The notes under the pieces: generated by a model
Seen by the model: the letters and a program-made list of their open reading frames with translations, nothing else
The model's database searches: none
What the model was told of the DNA's origin: nothing
Source: Deltaproteobacteria bacterium
GTDB lineage: Bacteria; Myxococcota_A; UBA9160; SMWR01
DNA length: 54,037 nt
Direction: 5' to 3'
Assembly: GCA_032128115.1 (NCBI GenBank)
Contig: JAQBHB010000102.1
Coordinates: 1 to 54,037 of the forward strand
Shown: positions 10,956 to 20,749 of the stretch, piece after piece
Layout: every line of letters starts with the position of its first letter
Position numbering within the stretch: position 1 is the first letter of the stretch
Position numbers and translations under genes: made by a program

Positions 10956-12114
10956 AGGCCTCGAGCACGTTCCTTCCGAGGAAAGCCGCGCGGGCCGACT
11001 CGGGCAGGCTCGCTACCAGGCGTTCCACCTCGGGGATGTACTCGGGCGGGTGGTCCGGGTGCGGGAAGTCCGAGGCCCAGAAGAAGCGGTCTTCCCCCAC
11101 GATGGGAATCACCCCGGCCAGCGCCTTCTCGTCCGGGTCGCCCGAGATCCAGCACTGGCGGCGGAAGTAGCTGCTGGGCGGGTCGGGAGCGATCTCGCGC
11201 ACCTGACGTCCCTGGATCGTCTCGAAGAGCGTGTCCATGCGGTCGAGCCAGTAGCCGATCCAGCCGGCGCCGCTCTCCAGCACCACCACCCGCAGTTCGG
11301 GGAAGCGCGCGAACACGCCGTACTGGAACAGCGACGTGAAGGCGTGGCGCACGGCATCGCCCGCGGTGACGTTGTGGAAGAAGCCGTACTTCGCGTTGGT
11401 GTACTCGCCGAAACGGCCCGGCGCGCACCATTTCGGCTCGAAGACCGGATGGATGCCCAGCGGTACACCCAGCTCCTGGCACGCGGCAAAGATGCGATCG
11501 TGGGCCGGGTCGCCCAACGGAAGCCGCGTGTTCGTGAAGGGCGGCACCCAGATGCCCACGGCCCCGTCCGCCACGGCGCGGCGAAGCTCCCGCTCGGCCG
11601 ACTCCACGTCTCCCAACGAGAGCTGGGCCACGGGCAGCAGGCGACCGTCCGAATCGGCGCAGAAGTCGACGATCCAGCGGTTGTAGGCCCGCAGGTTCGG
11701 CTGCACCACCGACTCGTCGTCCACCTCGGCCACCCAGAGCACGCTCACCGTCGGGTACAGCAACACCCGCTCCAGGTTCTCGAGATCGAGCCGCTGCAGG
11801 CGTTCCACCGGATCCATGGCGCCGAGCGGTGCCGTGTCCCGGTAGGCCGAGCCGGTTTTCGGCTCTCGCTCGTAGACGATCCCCCCCAGGCGATCCATCA
11901 GGGCCAGGCCCGCCGGGTACCCCTTGCGGATGATCTTCGAGGCGACTCCGCGCCCCAGGTCCAGGTACTCCAACCCCTCGTCGTCCTTGCGGATGGCCAG
12001 GGCCACGTCCCGGTGGGTGGGATCGATGTAGCGAGCCCACATGTCCGGGGGCTCGAGAACGTGGCCGTCGCCGTCGACGGCGCCGGCATACTTGAGGCGG
12101 TGCAGGCCCTTCAC
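10942..12114 (-). CDS. Amidohydrolase family protein (Amidohydro_2)
   Basis: DGDGHVLEP, RAYNRW, GIHP, LESGAGW, WASDFPHPD. Start trimmed to GTG 12114. Confidence 0.9.
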   Translation of the reverse strand: MKGLHRLKYAGAVDGDGHVLEPPDMWARYIDPTHRDVALAIRKDDEGLEYLDLGRGVASKIIRKGYPAGLALMDRLGGIVYEREPKTGSAYRDTAPLGAMDPVERLQRLDLENLERVLLYPTVSVLWVAEVDDESVVQPNLRAYNRWIVDFCADSDGRLLPVAQLSLGDVESAERELRRAVADGAVGIWVPPFTNTRLPLGDPAHDRIFAACQELGVPLGIHPVFEPKWCAPGRFGEYTNAKYGFFHNVTAGDAVRHAFTSLFQYGVFARFPELRVVVLESGAGWIGYWLDRMDTLFETIQGRQVREIAPDPPSSYFRRQCWISGDPDEKALAGVIPIVGEDRFFWASDFPHPDHPPEYIPEVERLVASLPESARAAFLGRNVLEAYGLG

Positions 12115-12182
12115 GGCGCCGCCTTCGTAACACAGGCAATCGCCAACGGGAAGCACCGCGCCCAGGCGTCCGATTCCGGCGC

Positions 12183-14537
12183 TCAGTTTCCGCCAGGTGC
12201 CGGGGGCTCTTCTGCGTCGATTTCCTGCATCAACTGCTGCGCCATCCGGTCGCTGGGGGCCAGCCGGAGGGCAGCCTTCGCGTGGATGCGGGCGCGTTCC
12301 AGGTCGCCCTGCTGGAGGTACAGCGCCGCCAGGGTTCGTGCGATGCCCGCGTCCCCGGGGTCGACCTCGCGGGCGCGCACCAGCGCGGCCTCGGCTTCCT
12401 GCATCTGGCCCCGCTGTTGTCGGGCGATGCCCAGGTTGTAGTGGACCCGCGCCCGGTCCGGCATGCGCTCGGCGGCGCCGGCCAGGGCCTCGACCGCATC
12501 GGACAGCCGGTTCTCCTGGGCCAACAACAGACCCAGGGAGTAGTAGAACTCGCCCTCTTCCGGCGAGCGGGCAATGCCCTCGCGCAGCAGCCTTTCCGCG
12601 TCGGCCGGGCGGCGCATCTGGTCGTACAGGTGCACCAGGTTGGCCCGGGCCGGAAGGAAATCCGGGTCCATGCGCAGCGCGACCCGATACGAGAGTTCGG
12701 CCCGATCGTTCTGGCCTCGTGCGCTCTGCACCACCCCGAGGTTCAGGTGAGCGGACGGCAGGTCGCCCTGGGCGAGCTGGGCCTCGGTGAATTCCAACAG
12801 GGCGGCTTCCAGGTCGCGCTGCTGCTCGGCCGAGAGCGCCTCGGCCGGAACCTCCGCCATCACGCGTGCCGCCTCCACGCGAACCGCGCGCGACGCGTCG
12901 TTCAGGTGGTCTGCCACCAGCGAAACCCGCGCCTCGGGCGGCAGGCGGTCGAAGCCGGCCACGGCCAGGGTGCGGACCAGGGGGTCGGGATCCTTCAGGG
13001 CGTTGAAGGCCGCCACCAGGGTGGAAGGGCCGTAGGCACGCAGCAGATCCAGGGCCGTGGCGCGCACGATGGAAGGCAGGCTCGTGTCCCCCGCGATCTC
13101 TACCAGGTCGCTCCCGGCCGCCGGATCGCCGGCGGTGGCGGCTGCGACGGCGTGTGCCCAGTGCGTTTTTCGCTCGGGTCCGTACCACGTGACGACCTGC
13201 GCGGCAGCCCACTCGTCGTTTCGTTCCGTGTGGCAGCCAGTACAGGCGTTTGGGGTTCCCAATTCGACGGAGAGATCCGGGCGCGGCACCCGGAGGCTGT
13301 GATCGCGGCGTGGGTCGACCTGCATGTAGGTACGCGCCGGCATGTGGCACTCGACGCACAGGGCCCCCGCTGAATTCTCGGGATGGAAGTGGTGCTCGGC
13401 GCCGTCGTAGATCTTCTTCGTCAGTGTGGAGAAATCCGGATTGCCATCCGGGCCGTGGCACCGGGTGCACAGGGCGTTGCCTTCGGCCCCGAGCGAGAGG
13501 CTGTGGGGGTCGTGGCAGTCGCTGCAGCGCACGCCCTGCTGGAACATCCGGCTCTGGACGAACGAGCCGTAGACGTAGACTTCATCGCGGATCTGCCCGT
13601 CCGGATGGTAGAGCCCCTGGGTCAGGGTCCTGGGCACGTAGTGATCCAGGAAGGGGTGGCCCGGAGCCGGGTCACGGTTGATGCGATGGCGGCGCGAGTG
13701 GCAGGGTGCGCACACCTCGATCTGCTGGGTGGCGTCTTCCATGCGGTAGTTCGGCGGCAGACCGAAGCCGTCGGACGGCGATGCCTGGTGGTCTTGCGAC
13801 GCCCGCGCCCACTCCACGTGTGACGTCCCGGGTCCGTGACAGGCTTGGCAGCCTACGTCGATGCCGGCCCAGGTAGTGCGGTAGGTGTCGCTGGCCAGGT
13901 CGTAGCCCTTCTCGAGTCCGGTGGAATGGCATTCGGCGCACATGGCGTTCCAGCGCTGGTAGCGCCCCGACCAGTGGTAGGGGTCGCCCGGCTCGATCGG
14001 TTCCCCCGGCTGCAGGTCGATCCAGCGCTGACCGGCCGTGTCCCAGGCGATGGTTAGACCCTGGAGGCGCCCACCGGGCAGCTCGATCAGGTATTGCTGC
14101 AGCGGCTCGACGCCGAAGGTGTAGGCCACCCGGAAATCGCCGGTGTTGCTGTCGGGGCCCTGGGTATTCACCCAGAATTCTGCGTCCTTCCGGGTGAATC
14201 GGGTCATCACCGGAAAGCGCGCGAAACGGGCATCGTCGAAGTCGCCAAGCACGCTGTCGGGCGTGGCGGGTTGCATGGCCAGGTCGTGGTGGGAGCCCGC
14301 CCAGCGCTCGAGCTCTCGGGCATGGCACTCGCCGCAGACGCGGCCGTCCACGAAGGGAGACTTCACCACGGCGCCGGGAGGCTGTGGCCCTCCGGCTTCC
14401 CGTGTCCCGCTCTCATCGGACGAACCGCACGCCAGGGCCGAAACGGCCATCCCCGTCGCGAGAAGCGCCGCGAAAAGCTCTCGAAGCGACCTGTTGATGA
14501 CCTGCTCCGATCTCCGACGCCCGGGCCGCGGCGACAT
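12183..14537 (-). CDS. Octaheme c-type cytochrome lipoprotein with HEAT and TPR repeats
   Basis: Lipobox-like ALAC and 8 CxxCH motifs (CGECH, CAECH, CQACH, CAPCH, CSDCH, CTRCH, CVECH, CTGCH). Family motifs FGVEPLQQYL and YVYGSFVQSRM. HEAT segment DPDPLVR, then TPRs. Start uncertain. Confidence 0.88.
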   Translation of the reverse strand: MSPRPGRRRSEQVINRSLRELFAALLATGMAVSALACGSSDESGTREAGGPQPPGAVVKSPFVDGRVCGECHARELERWAGSHHDLAMQPATPDSVLGDFDDARFARFPVMTRFTRKDAEFWVNTQGPDSNTGDFRVAYTFGVEPLQQYLIELPGGRLQGLTIAWDTAGQRWIDLQPGEPIEPGDPYHWSGRYQRWNAMCAECHSTGLEKGYDLASDTYRTTWAGIDVGCQACHGPGTSHVEWARASQDHQASPSDGFGLPPNYRMEDATQQIEVCAPCHSRRHRINRDPAPGHPFLDHYVPRTLTQGLYHPDGQIRDEVYVYGSFVQSRMFQQGVRCSDCHDPHSLSLGAEGNALCTRCHGPDGNPDFSTLTKKIYDGAEHHFHPENSAGALCVECHMPARTYMQVDPRRDHSLRVPRPDLSVELGTPNACTGCHTERNDEWAAAQVVTWYGPERKTHWAHAVAAATAGDPAAGSDLVEIAGDTSLPSIVRATALDLLRAYGPSTLVAAFNALKDPDPLVRTLAVAGFDRLPPEARVSLVADHLNDASRAVRVEAARVMAEVPAEALSAEQQRDLEAALLEFTEAQLAQGDLPSAHLNLGVVQSARGQNDRAELSYRVALRMDPDFLPARANLVHLYDQMRRPADAERLLREGIARSPEEGEFYYSLGLLLAQENRLSDAVEALAGAAERMPDRARVHYNLGIARQQRGQMQEAEAALVRAREVDPGDAGIARTLAALYLQQGDLERARIHAKAALRLAPSDRMAQQLMQEIDAEEPPAPGGN

Positions 14538-14663
14538 CTTATCCGACAGACAGGGCCAAAACGCCGTCTTGATTTGAGAGTTTCCCGGGTGGTAGGGTCC
14601 GAAGTCACCCAACCCGCGGATGGACGGCCTGCGCCTCCCCCGGGACGAATCGAGGGGGTTCCG

Positions 14664-15233
14664 GTGTCCGTGATCCGCATCGCATTGATCTGCATCCTGA
14701 TTTCGCTGTGGCTGGCCTCGAGCTCCCAGGCGGCCGAAAACGAGTACACCCGCGACGGCGGCTATCTGGGTCTGGGTGGATTCTTCGCCCTGGAGACCAG
14801 CAGCGGTCGCTTCTCCCCCAGCAGCGACTCGGGGGGTGTGACCATCATGATGGGCTACCGCATGATTCCGGCCCTCGCCTTCGAGGTGGAGGGCAGTTAT
14901 CTGCACGGGCTCGACGACAACAGTCTCGGCGGCGGACGTGCGCCCATGGGCAGCATCGTCGCCAACTTGAAGATCTACATGGCCGAATCGTTCAACCGGG
15001 CCCTTCTGGGAGGACGCCTGCAGCCCTACCTGATCGGCAGCTTCGGGATCAGCATTGCCGATCTGACTACCGGCACCGCTGTCACCAGCTCGCTCGGTGG
15101 CGGCGGCGGCGCCGAGTACTACCTCACGGAGAACTGGGCGCTCAACAGCTACATCCAGTACAAGAATGGGGCGAGCCAGCTGAACGGTTACGACTACGTC
15201 TCGTTCATGTTCGGCGCCAACTATCGCTGGTAA
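14664..15233 (+). CDS. Small outer-membrane beta-barrel (OmpA-like transmembrane/porin family)
   Basis: GAGGGG RBS, signal peptide ending SQA, GGYLGLGG, AFEVEG, LQPYL, GGGAEYY, aromatic C-terminus GANYRW. Confidence 0.8.
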   Translation: MSVIRIALICILISLWLASSSQAAENEYTRDGGYLGLGGFFALETSSGRFSPSSDSGGVTIMMGYRMIPALAFEVEGSYLHGLDDNSLGGGRAPMGSIVANLKIYMAESFNRALLGGRLQPYLIGSFGISIADLTTGTAVTSSLGGGGGAEYYLTENWALNSYIQYKNGASQLNGYDYVSFMFGANYRW

Positions 15234-15267
15234 CCGGCTCCCGGGGATCGCAGCCACCAGATCGCGC

Positions 15268-16551
15268 TCATAGATCGACCTGGAAGCGCGCCTGGCCGAT
15301 GTTCTCGTCGCCCTGATTGGCCACGTGCGCGTGCACGTAGTTGAGCATGATTCGCAGGTTCGGGAACGGGTACCAGTTCACGCCCAGGCTCACGTTGGAC
15401 TCCACGTCCCCGATGATGTCCCTGTCGTTCAGGTCCAGGTAGGACAGGCGCGCGGCCACCTGGAAGGCGCCCCAGTGCCCTTCCAGCGGCTGGAAATCGT
15501 TCGCGGGGATCACGCGCCCGAAGACGCCCGCCCGCTTGTCGTAGCTGCGATTCTCGCCCGTGAGGAAGTAGCTGGCCTGGACGTAGCCTCCCCAGAAGTC
15601 CAGGTCGCCGCCGGCTCCGGTGTCGCGGCCGAGGAAATCGTGGAGGTACTCGGCCTGGACAGAGACGGGGCCACACACCCACGCGACCTCGAAGTCCATG
15701 CGGTCGACGCTCGACACCCCGATGATGGGGTTCGTGTCCACCAGGCGGTTCTCCAGGGCCGACTCGGGGCGGCTGCGGATGCGCACGTTCGTCCCGCCGT
15801 TGACCCAGGTGTGATCGTAGGAAGCCCCCACCTCCAGAAGCGTGGTTCCGTCGTCGCCGAACACCGGGAGCCCGGTCACGCGAAACGAGAGGTCGGTGTC
15901 GTCGCTGCTGGAAAAGCTGGCGAAATCGCCGGTATCGCGGAAGATCCCGGCCTGCCAGCGGATCCGGTCGTCCAGGTAGGTGTTGGTCATGGTGAATCCG
16001 AACTGTCTCACCGTCGGCGCCAGGGCATCGGCGATGCTGCGCTCCATGAAGGTCATGTGCAGGCGACTCATGCCGCGTTCCAGGGAGAAGGGCACCTTCA
16101 TCTGCCCGACCGCGAGGGTACCCAGGGGTCCAAGCCCGCTGGCCCCCACGAAGACGTCGGTCCAGGCTTCGGCGGCGAAGTCGTACTCGAGCTTGAACAA
16201 CAGGCGCCGCCACAGGATTCCCTGGGTCAGCAGCCTGCCCTGGCGGATCTTGGCGGCGCTGCGGGTCTCGCCGGGCCGGTAGGCGTTCAGCAGTCCCTGA
16301 TCGGCGCTCAGCACCGCCGCGTCGGCCAGCAGCCGGCCGCCCAGGTGCAGGCGGTAGAGTCCGTCGTTGCGCTCGATCCAGGTGCCGTTGCGCCAGCGGA
16401 TGCCCCAGGCCGTCGGGTCGATCTCACTGCTGACCTCGTCGGTCGCGGCGGGCGATGTCTCCTCGCCGGCCGCGGCGAACGCCGTCAGCCACAGCCCCGC
16501 GACTGCCAGGGCGCATCGCAGGCTGCGATTCCAGGTTCGACCCGCGCTCAT
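15268..16551 (-). CDS. Phosphate-selective porin OprO/OprP family
   Basis: FKLEYDFA, GQMKVPFSLE, TFMERS, RSRPES, QAEY, YVQASYFLTGENRSY, WGAFQVAARLSYLDLND, LGVNWY, ARFQVDL. Confidence 0.9.
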   Translation of the reverse strand: MSAGRTWNRSLRCALAVAGLWLTAFAAAGEETSPAATDEVSSEIDPTAWGIRWRNGTWIERNDGLYRLHLGGRLLADAAVLSADQGLLNAYRPGETRSAAKIRQGRLLTQGILWRRLLFKLEYDFAAEAWTDVFVGASGLGPLGTLAVGQMKVPFSLERGMSRLHMTFMERSIADALAPTVRQFGFTMTNTYLDDRIRWQAGIFRDTGDFASFSSSDDTDLSFRVTGLPVFGDDGTTLLEVGASYDHTWVNGGTNVRIRSRPESALENRLVDTNPIIGVSSVDRMDFEVAWVCGPVSVQAEYLHDFLGRDTGAGGDLDFWGGYVQASYFLTGENRSYDKRAGVFGRVIPANDFQPLEGHWGAFQVAARLSYLDLNDRDIIGDVESNVSLGVNWYPFPNLRIMLNYVHAHVANQGDENIGQARFQVDL

Positions 16552-16624
16552 CCCATCTCCAGAAAAACACATACTCGTGTAGTTCAATCTGCTGGCGGAC
16601 GCAGTGTAGTCTTACCAGCGTCTT

Positions 16625-17599
16625 CTAGAAGCGGGTTTCGTAGCGCAGGCCGAAGAAACGCGTCCCGACCACGGGCATGAAGCCGTGGAAGCCCAGCGCC
16701 GGGGGCACGCCGTTCGTGTCCTCGTCCTTGCCGAACTGGAAGTGCACCGGCAGCACATAACCGAACAGGGCGCCGGTTGCCCATCCCGCCAACACGTCGG
16801 TGAACCAGTGTTCGTCCGCCGTCATGCGCAAGATGCCCGTGGTGACGGTTCCCGCCACGGCGCCCCCGCAGACCGCGAGATCCACTCCCGTCCGCTCCAT
16901 CCGGTGCAAGTGGCGCGCGCACAGAAGTCCCGCGAACGTGGCGCTGGTGGTGGCGTGGCCGCTGTAGAAGCTGGTGTTGTCGTCTCGGCCCGGGTCGCAG
17001 CCGGAGATGTACTTCGCGTCCACACTGCAGGGGTCCACATAGGGCCGCTGGCGACCGGTGGAGAGCTTGAGAACGCGGCTCGAGACGGCGCTTCCCAGCA
17101 GCCACGGCAGCTCGCGTTGGGCGCTCTCCCAGGCTCCGTATTCGTCGCGCAACCAGACCCAGTCGGCGGCCAGGGCGAGTCCCATGGCTCCGTAGAGGTA
17201 GTCGCTGGCGGTGCTGGCCCGGCCGCGGGTGCTTCGCGAGCCGCCCACCAGCGCGTCCCGGACCGAGGTATCGAGAGAGTTCTTGCTGCTCCAGCGGGGG
17301 TCGGCCGGCGGATCGACAGCCACCTCCAGGATTCCCAGGGCCGCAGCCGTGAGCAGGGTGGGTCCCCAGCGGCGGAGCCACGATCGTTCCGGCGCCAGCG
17401 ACAGCAAGGGCGCGGCGGGCAGCGCCAGGGCCAGCTGGGTCGAGATCGGTCGGGGCGCGCCCAGGTGGCCCAGCGTGCCAGTGGGATCGATCCACGAACG
17501 GAAGGCCGGAGGGATGCGGAACAGGTCTTCGGGTTGCTGCGCCCCAGCGGGTGCCCCCGCCATCAGGGACAGGAACATGACGATGCAGAACCTGCGCAT
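16625..17599 (-). CDS. PAP2 family phosphatase (exported/membrane)
   Basis: PAP2 motifs [27 protein letters not shown]. Signal peptide ending AGA. Confidence 0.88.
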   Translation of the reverse strand: MRRFCIVMFLSLMAGAPAGAQQPEDLFRIPPAFRSWIDPTGTLGHLGAPRPISTQLALALPAAPLLSLAPERSWLRRWGPTLLTAAALGILEVAVDPPADPRWSSKNSLDTSVRDALVGGSRSTRGRASTASDYLYGAMGLALAADWVWLRDEYGAWESAQRELPWLLGSAVSSRVLKLSTGRQRPYVDPCSVDAKYISGCDPGRDDNTSFYSGHATTSATFAGLLCARHLHRMERTGVDLAVCGGAVAGTVTTGILRMTADEHWFTDVLAGWATGALFGYVLPVHFQFGKDEDTNGVPPALGFHGFMPVVGTRFFGLRYETRF

Positions 17600-17744
17600 T
17601 TCTGGACTCTGGGGCCCTCACATCCCCGAACTTCGACAGCCTACGGCCTGGGCCGGGCGGGGTCTACTGGAATCGACCGCCCCTCGCGACGGAACGCCAG
17701 AATCCATACACTCGCTCCCCCCCGGATCGTTCGAGGGCGAACTC

Positions 17745-19439
17745 GTGTCCAGCGACGACACTCCGCGCAGTACGGATTTCATCCGCAGCATCGTGGCCGG
17801 CGACGTGCGTGCCAACAAGCACGGCGGGCGCGTGACCACACGCTTTCCCCCCGAGCCCAACGGGTACCTGCACATCGGGCACGCCAAATCCATGTGCTTG
17901 AATTTCGGCGTGGCCGCCGAGAACGACGGCGTCTGCCACCTGCGCTTCGACGACACCAACCCCACGACCGAGGAGACGGGTTTTGTCGACGTGATCCGCG
18001 AAGACGTTCGCTGGCTCGGTTTCGACTGGGGAGAGCACCTCTACTTCGCCTCCGACTACTTTCCCCAGCTCCACGATTTTGCGGTGGAGCTGGTGCGCCG
18101 GGGGCGCGCCTTCGTCTGTGATCTGAGTTCCGAGGAGATTGCGGCCCATCGCGGAAATCTGACCGAGCCGGGCCGCAACAGCCCCTACCGGGACCGGCCG
18201 GTGGAAGAGAATCTGGATCTCTTCGCACGCATGCGCGCCGGTGAATTCGAAAACGGAGAAAGGGTGTTGCGCGCCAGGATCGACATGGCGTCGCCGAACC
18301 TGATCATGCGCGACCCGGTGCTGTTCCGGGTCCACAAGGCGCCGCACCACCGTACCGGGGATCAGTGGTGCGTGTATCCCATGTACGATTTTGCCCACTG
18401 TCTGTCCGATTCGATCGAACAGATCACCCACTCGCTGTGCACGCTGGAGTTCCTGGACCACCGGGCGCTCTATGACTGGATCCTCGATGCGCTCGAGCTC
18501 ACCTGCCATCCCCAGCAGATCGAGTTCGCGCGCATGAACCTGAGCTACACGGTGATGAGCAAGCGCATGCTGCGCGAGCTGGTGGAGAACGGGCACGTGA
18601 ACGGATGGGACGATCCCCGCATGCCCACGCTCCGGGGCATGCGGCGGCGCGGCTACCCGCCGGTCTCGATCCGGCGCTTCTGCGAGGGCATCGGCGTTGC
18701 CAAGCGCGACAACACCATCCAGCTGGCGCGACTGGAGCACGAGGTGCGCGAGGAACTGAACGCCCGCGCGCCCCGGGTGATGGCGGTCTTGCGCCCACTG
18801 CGGCTGGTGATCGAGAACTATCCCGAAGACCAGGTGGAGCAGCTCGAAGCGGTGAACAACCCCGAAGACGCTTCCAGGGGCACTCGCCTGGTTCCGTTCT
18901 CGCGGGTGCTCTACATCGAGCGTGACGACTTCCTGGAAGACCCGCCGAAGAAGTTCTTCAGACTGGCGCCGGGGCGCGAGGTGCGGCTGCGCTACGCCTA
19001 TTTCGTCACCTGCCAGAGCGTCGTGAAGGACGAGTCGGGCCAGGTGGTGGAGCTGCGCTGCAGCTACGACCCGGCCACCCGCGGTGGCGACGCTCCAGAC
19101 GGCCGCAAGGTGAAGGGGACCCTGCACTGGGTGTCGGCCGCGCATGCCCTGCCGGCCCAGGTGCGCCTGTACGAGCACCTGTTCGACCGCGAGGATCCCA
19201 GCGATGTGCCCGAGGGGGGCGACTTCAGCGACTTCCTGAACCCGGACTCGCTGGAGACCCTGACGGGTTGCGCCGTGGAGCCGGGTCTGGCCGGCGCCGA
19301 ACCGGGAGCGAGCTACCAGTTCGAGCGCATGGGATACTTCTGCGTGGATCCCGATTCGTCCGACGGAGCCCTGGTGTTCAACCGCACCGTCAGCCTGCGC
19401 GACACGTGGGCCAAGATCCAGAAACAGGTGGGCGGCTAG
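17745..19439 (+). CDS. glnS: Glutamine--tRNA ligase
   Basis: [60 protein letters not shown]-like motif. Start GTG 17745. Confidence 0.97.
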   Translation: MSSDDTPRSTDFIRSIVAGDVRANKHGGRVTTRFPPEPNGYLHIGHAKSMCLNFGVAAENDGVCHLRFDDTNPTTEETGFVDVIREDVRWLGFDWGEHLYFASDYFPQLHDFAVELVRRGRAFVCDLSSEEIAAHRGNLTEPGRNSPYRDRPVEENLDLFARMRAGEFENGERVLRARIDMASPNLIMRDPVLFRVHKAPHHRTGDQWCVYPMYDFAHCLSDSIEQITHSLCTLEFLDHRALYDWILDALELTCHPQQIEFARMNLSYTVMSKRMLRELVENGHVNGWDDPRMPTLRGMRRRGYPPVSIRRFCEGIGVAKRDNTIQLARLEHEVREELNARAPRVMAVLRPLRLVIENYPEDQVEQLEAVNNPEDASRGTRLVPFSRVLYIERDDFLEDPPKKFFRLAPGREVRLRYAYFVTCQSVVKDESGQVVELRCSYDPATRGGDAPDGRKVKGTLHWVSAAHALPAQVRLYEHLFDREDPSDVPEGGDFSDFLNPDSLETLTGCAVEPGLAGAEPGASYQFERMGYFCVDPDSSDGALVFNRTVSLRDTWAKIQKQVGG

Positions 19440-20137
19440 GGGTTCAGGCTTCCCTGTTCCCGCAGCTTGGTGAGTCGCTTGTTGAATCGATCGGCCCAGT
19501 AGTGGAAGGCCGCTTCCACGTCGGACCAGGTGCTGTTTCCGCTCTCGAGCGATCGGCCGCCGGCGCGCTCGTCCACGGCGGCTGAAAGCCTCACATTCGA
19601 GAGGGAGTCCAGGGTCTCGCCCTCGATTCCCGCTTTTCCCACGAAGGCCCAGGTGCCCGTGGTCATCTTGGTGATACCGGTGATCAGGGGTAGAGGGCTC
19701 ACCTTGGAGATGGTGCTCGCCATCGCATCGGCGCCCTTGACCTCGGTAAGCGCCACGCGCAGGCGCAGAACGCCCCGGCCGGGACGTTCCACGATCTCGT
19801 AATCGTTCTCCACGGCCCTGCGCAACGCCCAGTAGAGGTGATCGGCCAGCTGTTGGAGCTCGGTCTCGGGGACGTTGGGAAGATTCGAGCCCATGGTGCG
19901 CCAGATGGTCACCGGGTCGATCATAAGCTTGTCGTACGAGGCCCAGTCCGCATCCGGGTTCAGGTAGAGCAGGATCGGATCGTCGGCGCTCTGGCCCGGC
20001 TGGAGCTGCTCGTAGTTCTTGAGGAATCCGGAGTAGCGGAAGTCGCGGGTCTTCTCGGTGGTGGCACACGAAAGGCCCAGCAGGGCCAGCGTGGCCGTGG
20101 CGATCGGCAGCAGGTGTTTTCGGATCGGTTGCATCAT
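19436..20137 (-). CDS. DUF3313 domain lipoprotein
   Basis: Lipobox [40 protein letters not shown]...L.AAVD.R.G. Confidence 0.85.
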   Translation of the reverse strand: MMQPIRKHLLPIATATLALLGLSCATTEKTRDFRYSGFLKNYEQLQPGQSADDPILLYLNPDADWASYDKLMIDPVTIWRTMGSNLPNVPETELQQLADHLYWALRRAVENDYEIVERPGRGVLRLRVALTEVKGADAMASTISKVSPLPLITGITKMTTGTWAFVGKAGIEGETLDSLSNVRLSAAVDERAGGRSLESGNSTWSDVEAAFHYWADRFNKRLTKLREQGSLNP

Positions 20138-20189
20138 TGCAGGTCTCGCTCCTTGGAAGGGCTTTCGGGAGGTTCCCAACCGGCTTGTT

Positions 20190-20330
20190 TCACGCCGCGG
20201 GAACAGCCAGCAGCGGACAGGGCGCCCCGCGCAGCACCTGGTCGGTGACACTGCCGCGAAGTACGTCGGGGAATCCGTCGTGTCCGTGGGTGGTCATGGC
20301 GATCAGGTGGGCGTCTGCGGACGAGGTCAT
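20190..20330 (-). pseudogene. Universal stress protein (Usp) C-terminal fragment
   Basis: DAHLIAMTTHGHDG...GSVTDQVLRGAPCPLLAVP is the Usp C-terminal signature. Only 46 aa are present and the N-terminal part is absent. Confidence 0.75.
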
Positions 20331-20632
20331 TCTTCGGACTGTGTGATGAGCACGAATCCCCGCTCGTCCATGCATCGACGCATGGCGGAGGCCCACTCCA
20401 CGTTCATGTGACGCCGAGAGCGAGCGGTGGTCGTCTGGGTGGCATGGCGGTCGCAATCGGCTCGCGCCTGCGCCACGGCTTCCTTCGCAGGGGTGCTTCC
20501 GTCCTTCTCGACCCAGAACGCCCGGGTCTTCGAGCCGCTGGCAGCGCAGCCCGTCGCGATCGCGCACGCGAAGATCAGGATCGCGCCCGTCAGGGTCGGA
20601 TTCTGGGCCGCATTCCGGATCGCGTTCTTCAA
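20327..20632 (-). CDS. Small lipoprotein with a Cys pair (D-C...C-M..RG[FY] type)
   Basis: Lipobox ATGC, W...G...ARADC...RRCMDERGF. Stop overlaps the next ATG (ATGA). Start uncertain. Confidence 0.65.
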   Translation of the reverse strand: MKNAIRNAAQNPTLTGAILIFACAIATGCAASGSKTRAFWVEKDGSTPAKEAVAQARADCDRHATQTTTARSRRHMNVEWASAMRRCMDERGFVLITQSEE

Positions 20633-20749
20633 GGGCACTCCCCAATGGGTGGCCAGGCAGGGTACATCCGCCCCCAACGGGGCGCTAACGAGAGGGGTGG
20701 ACGGGAGGGTGCTCGGCCGGCAAGCTCCGCGCCTGAGCAGGGGGGCCCC

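Noticed and set aside
10942..15257. ORF-track extensions of the amidohydrolase (to 13470) and the octaheme-TPR gene (to 15257)
   Set aside because: The extensions overlap other real genes and are Arg/Pro/Gly-rich or antisense. Starts were trimmed to 12114 and 14537.
16552..16624. Possible Pho box upstream of the OprO/OprP porin
   Set aside because: Only a short ACTACAC repeat is present and it lacks 11-bp phasing.
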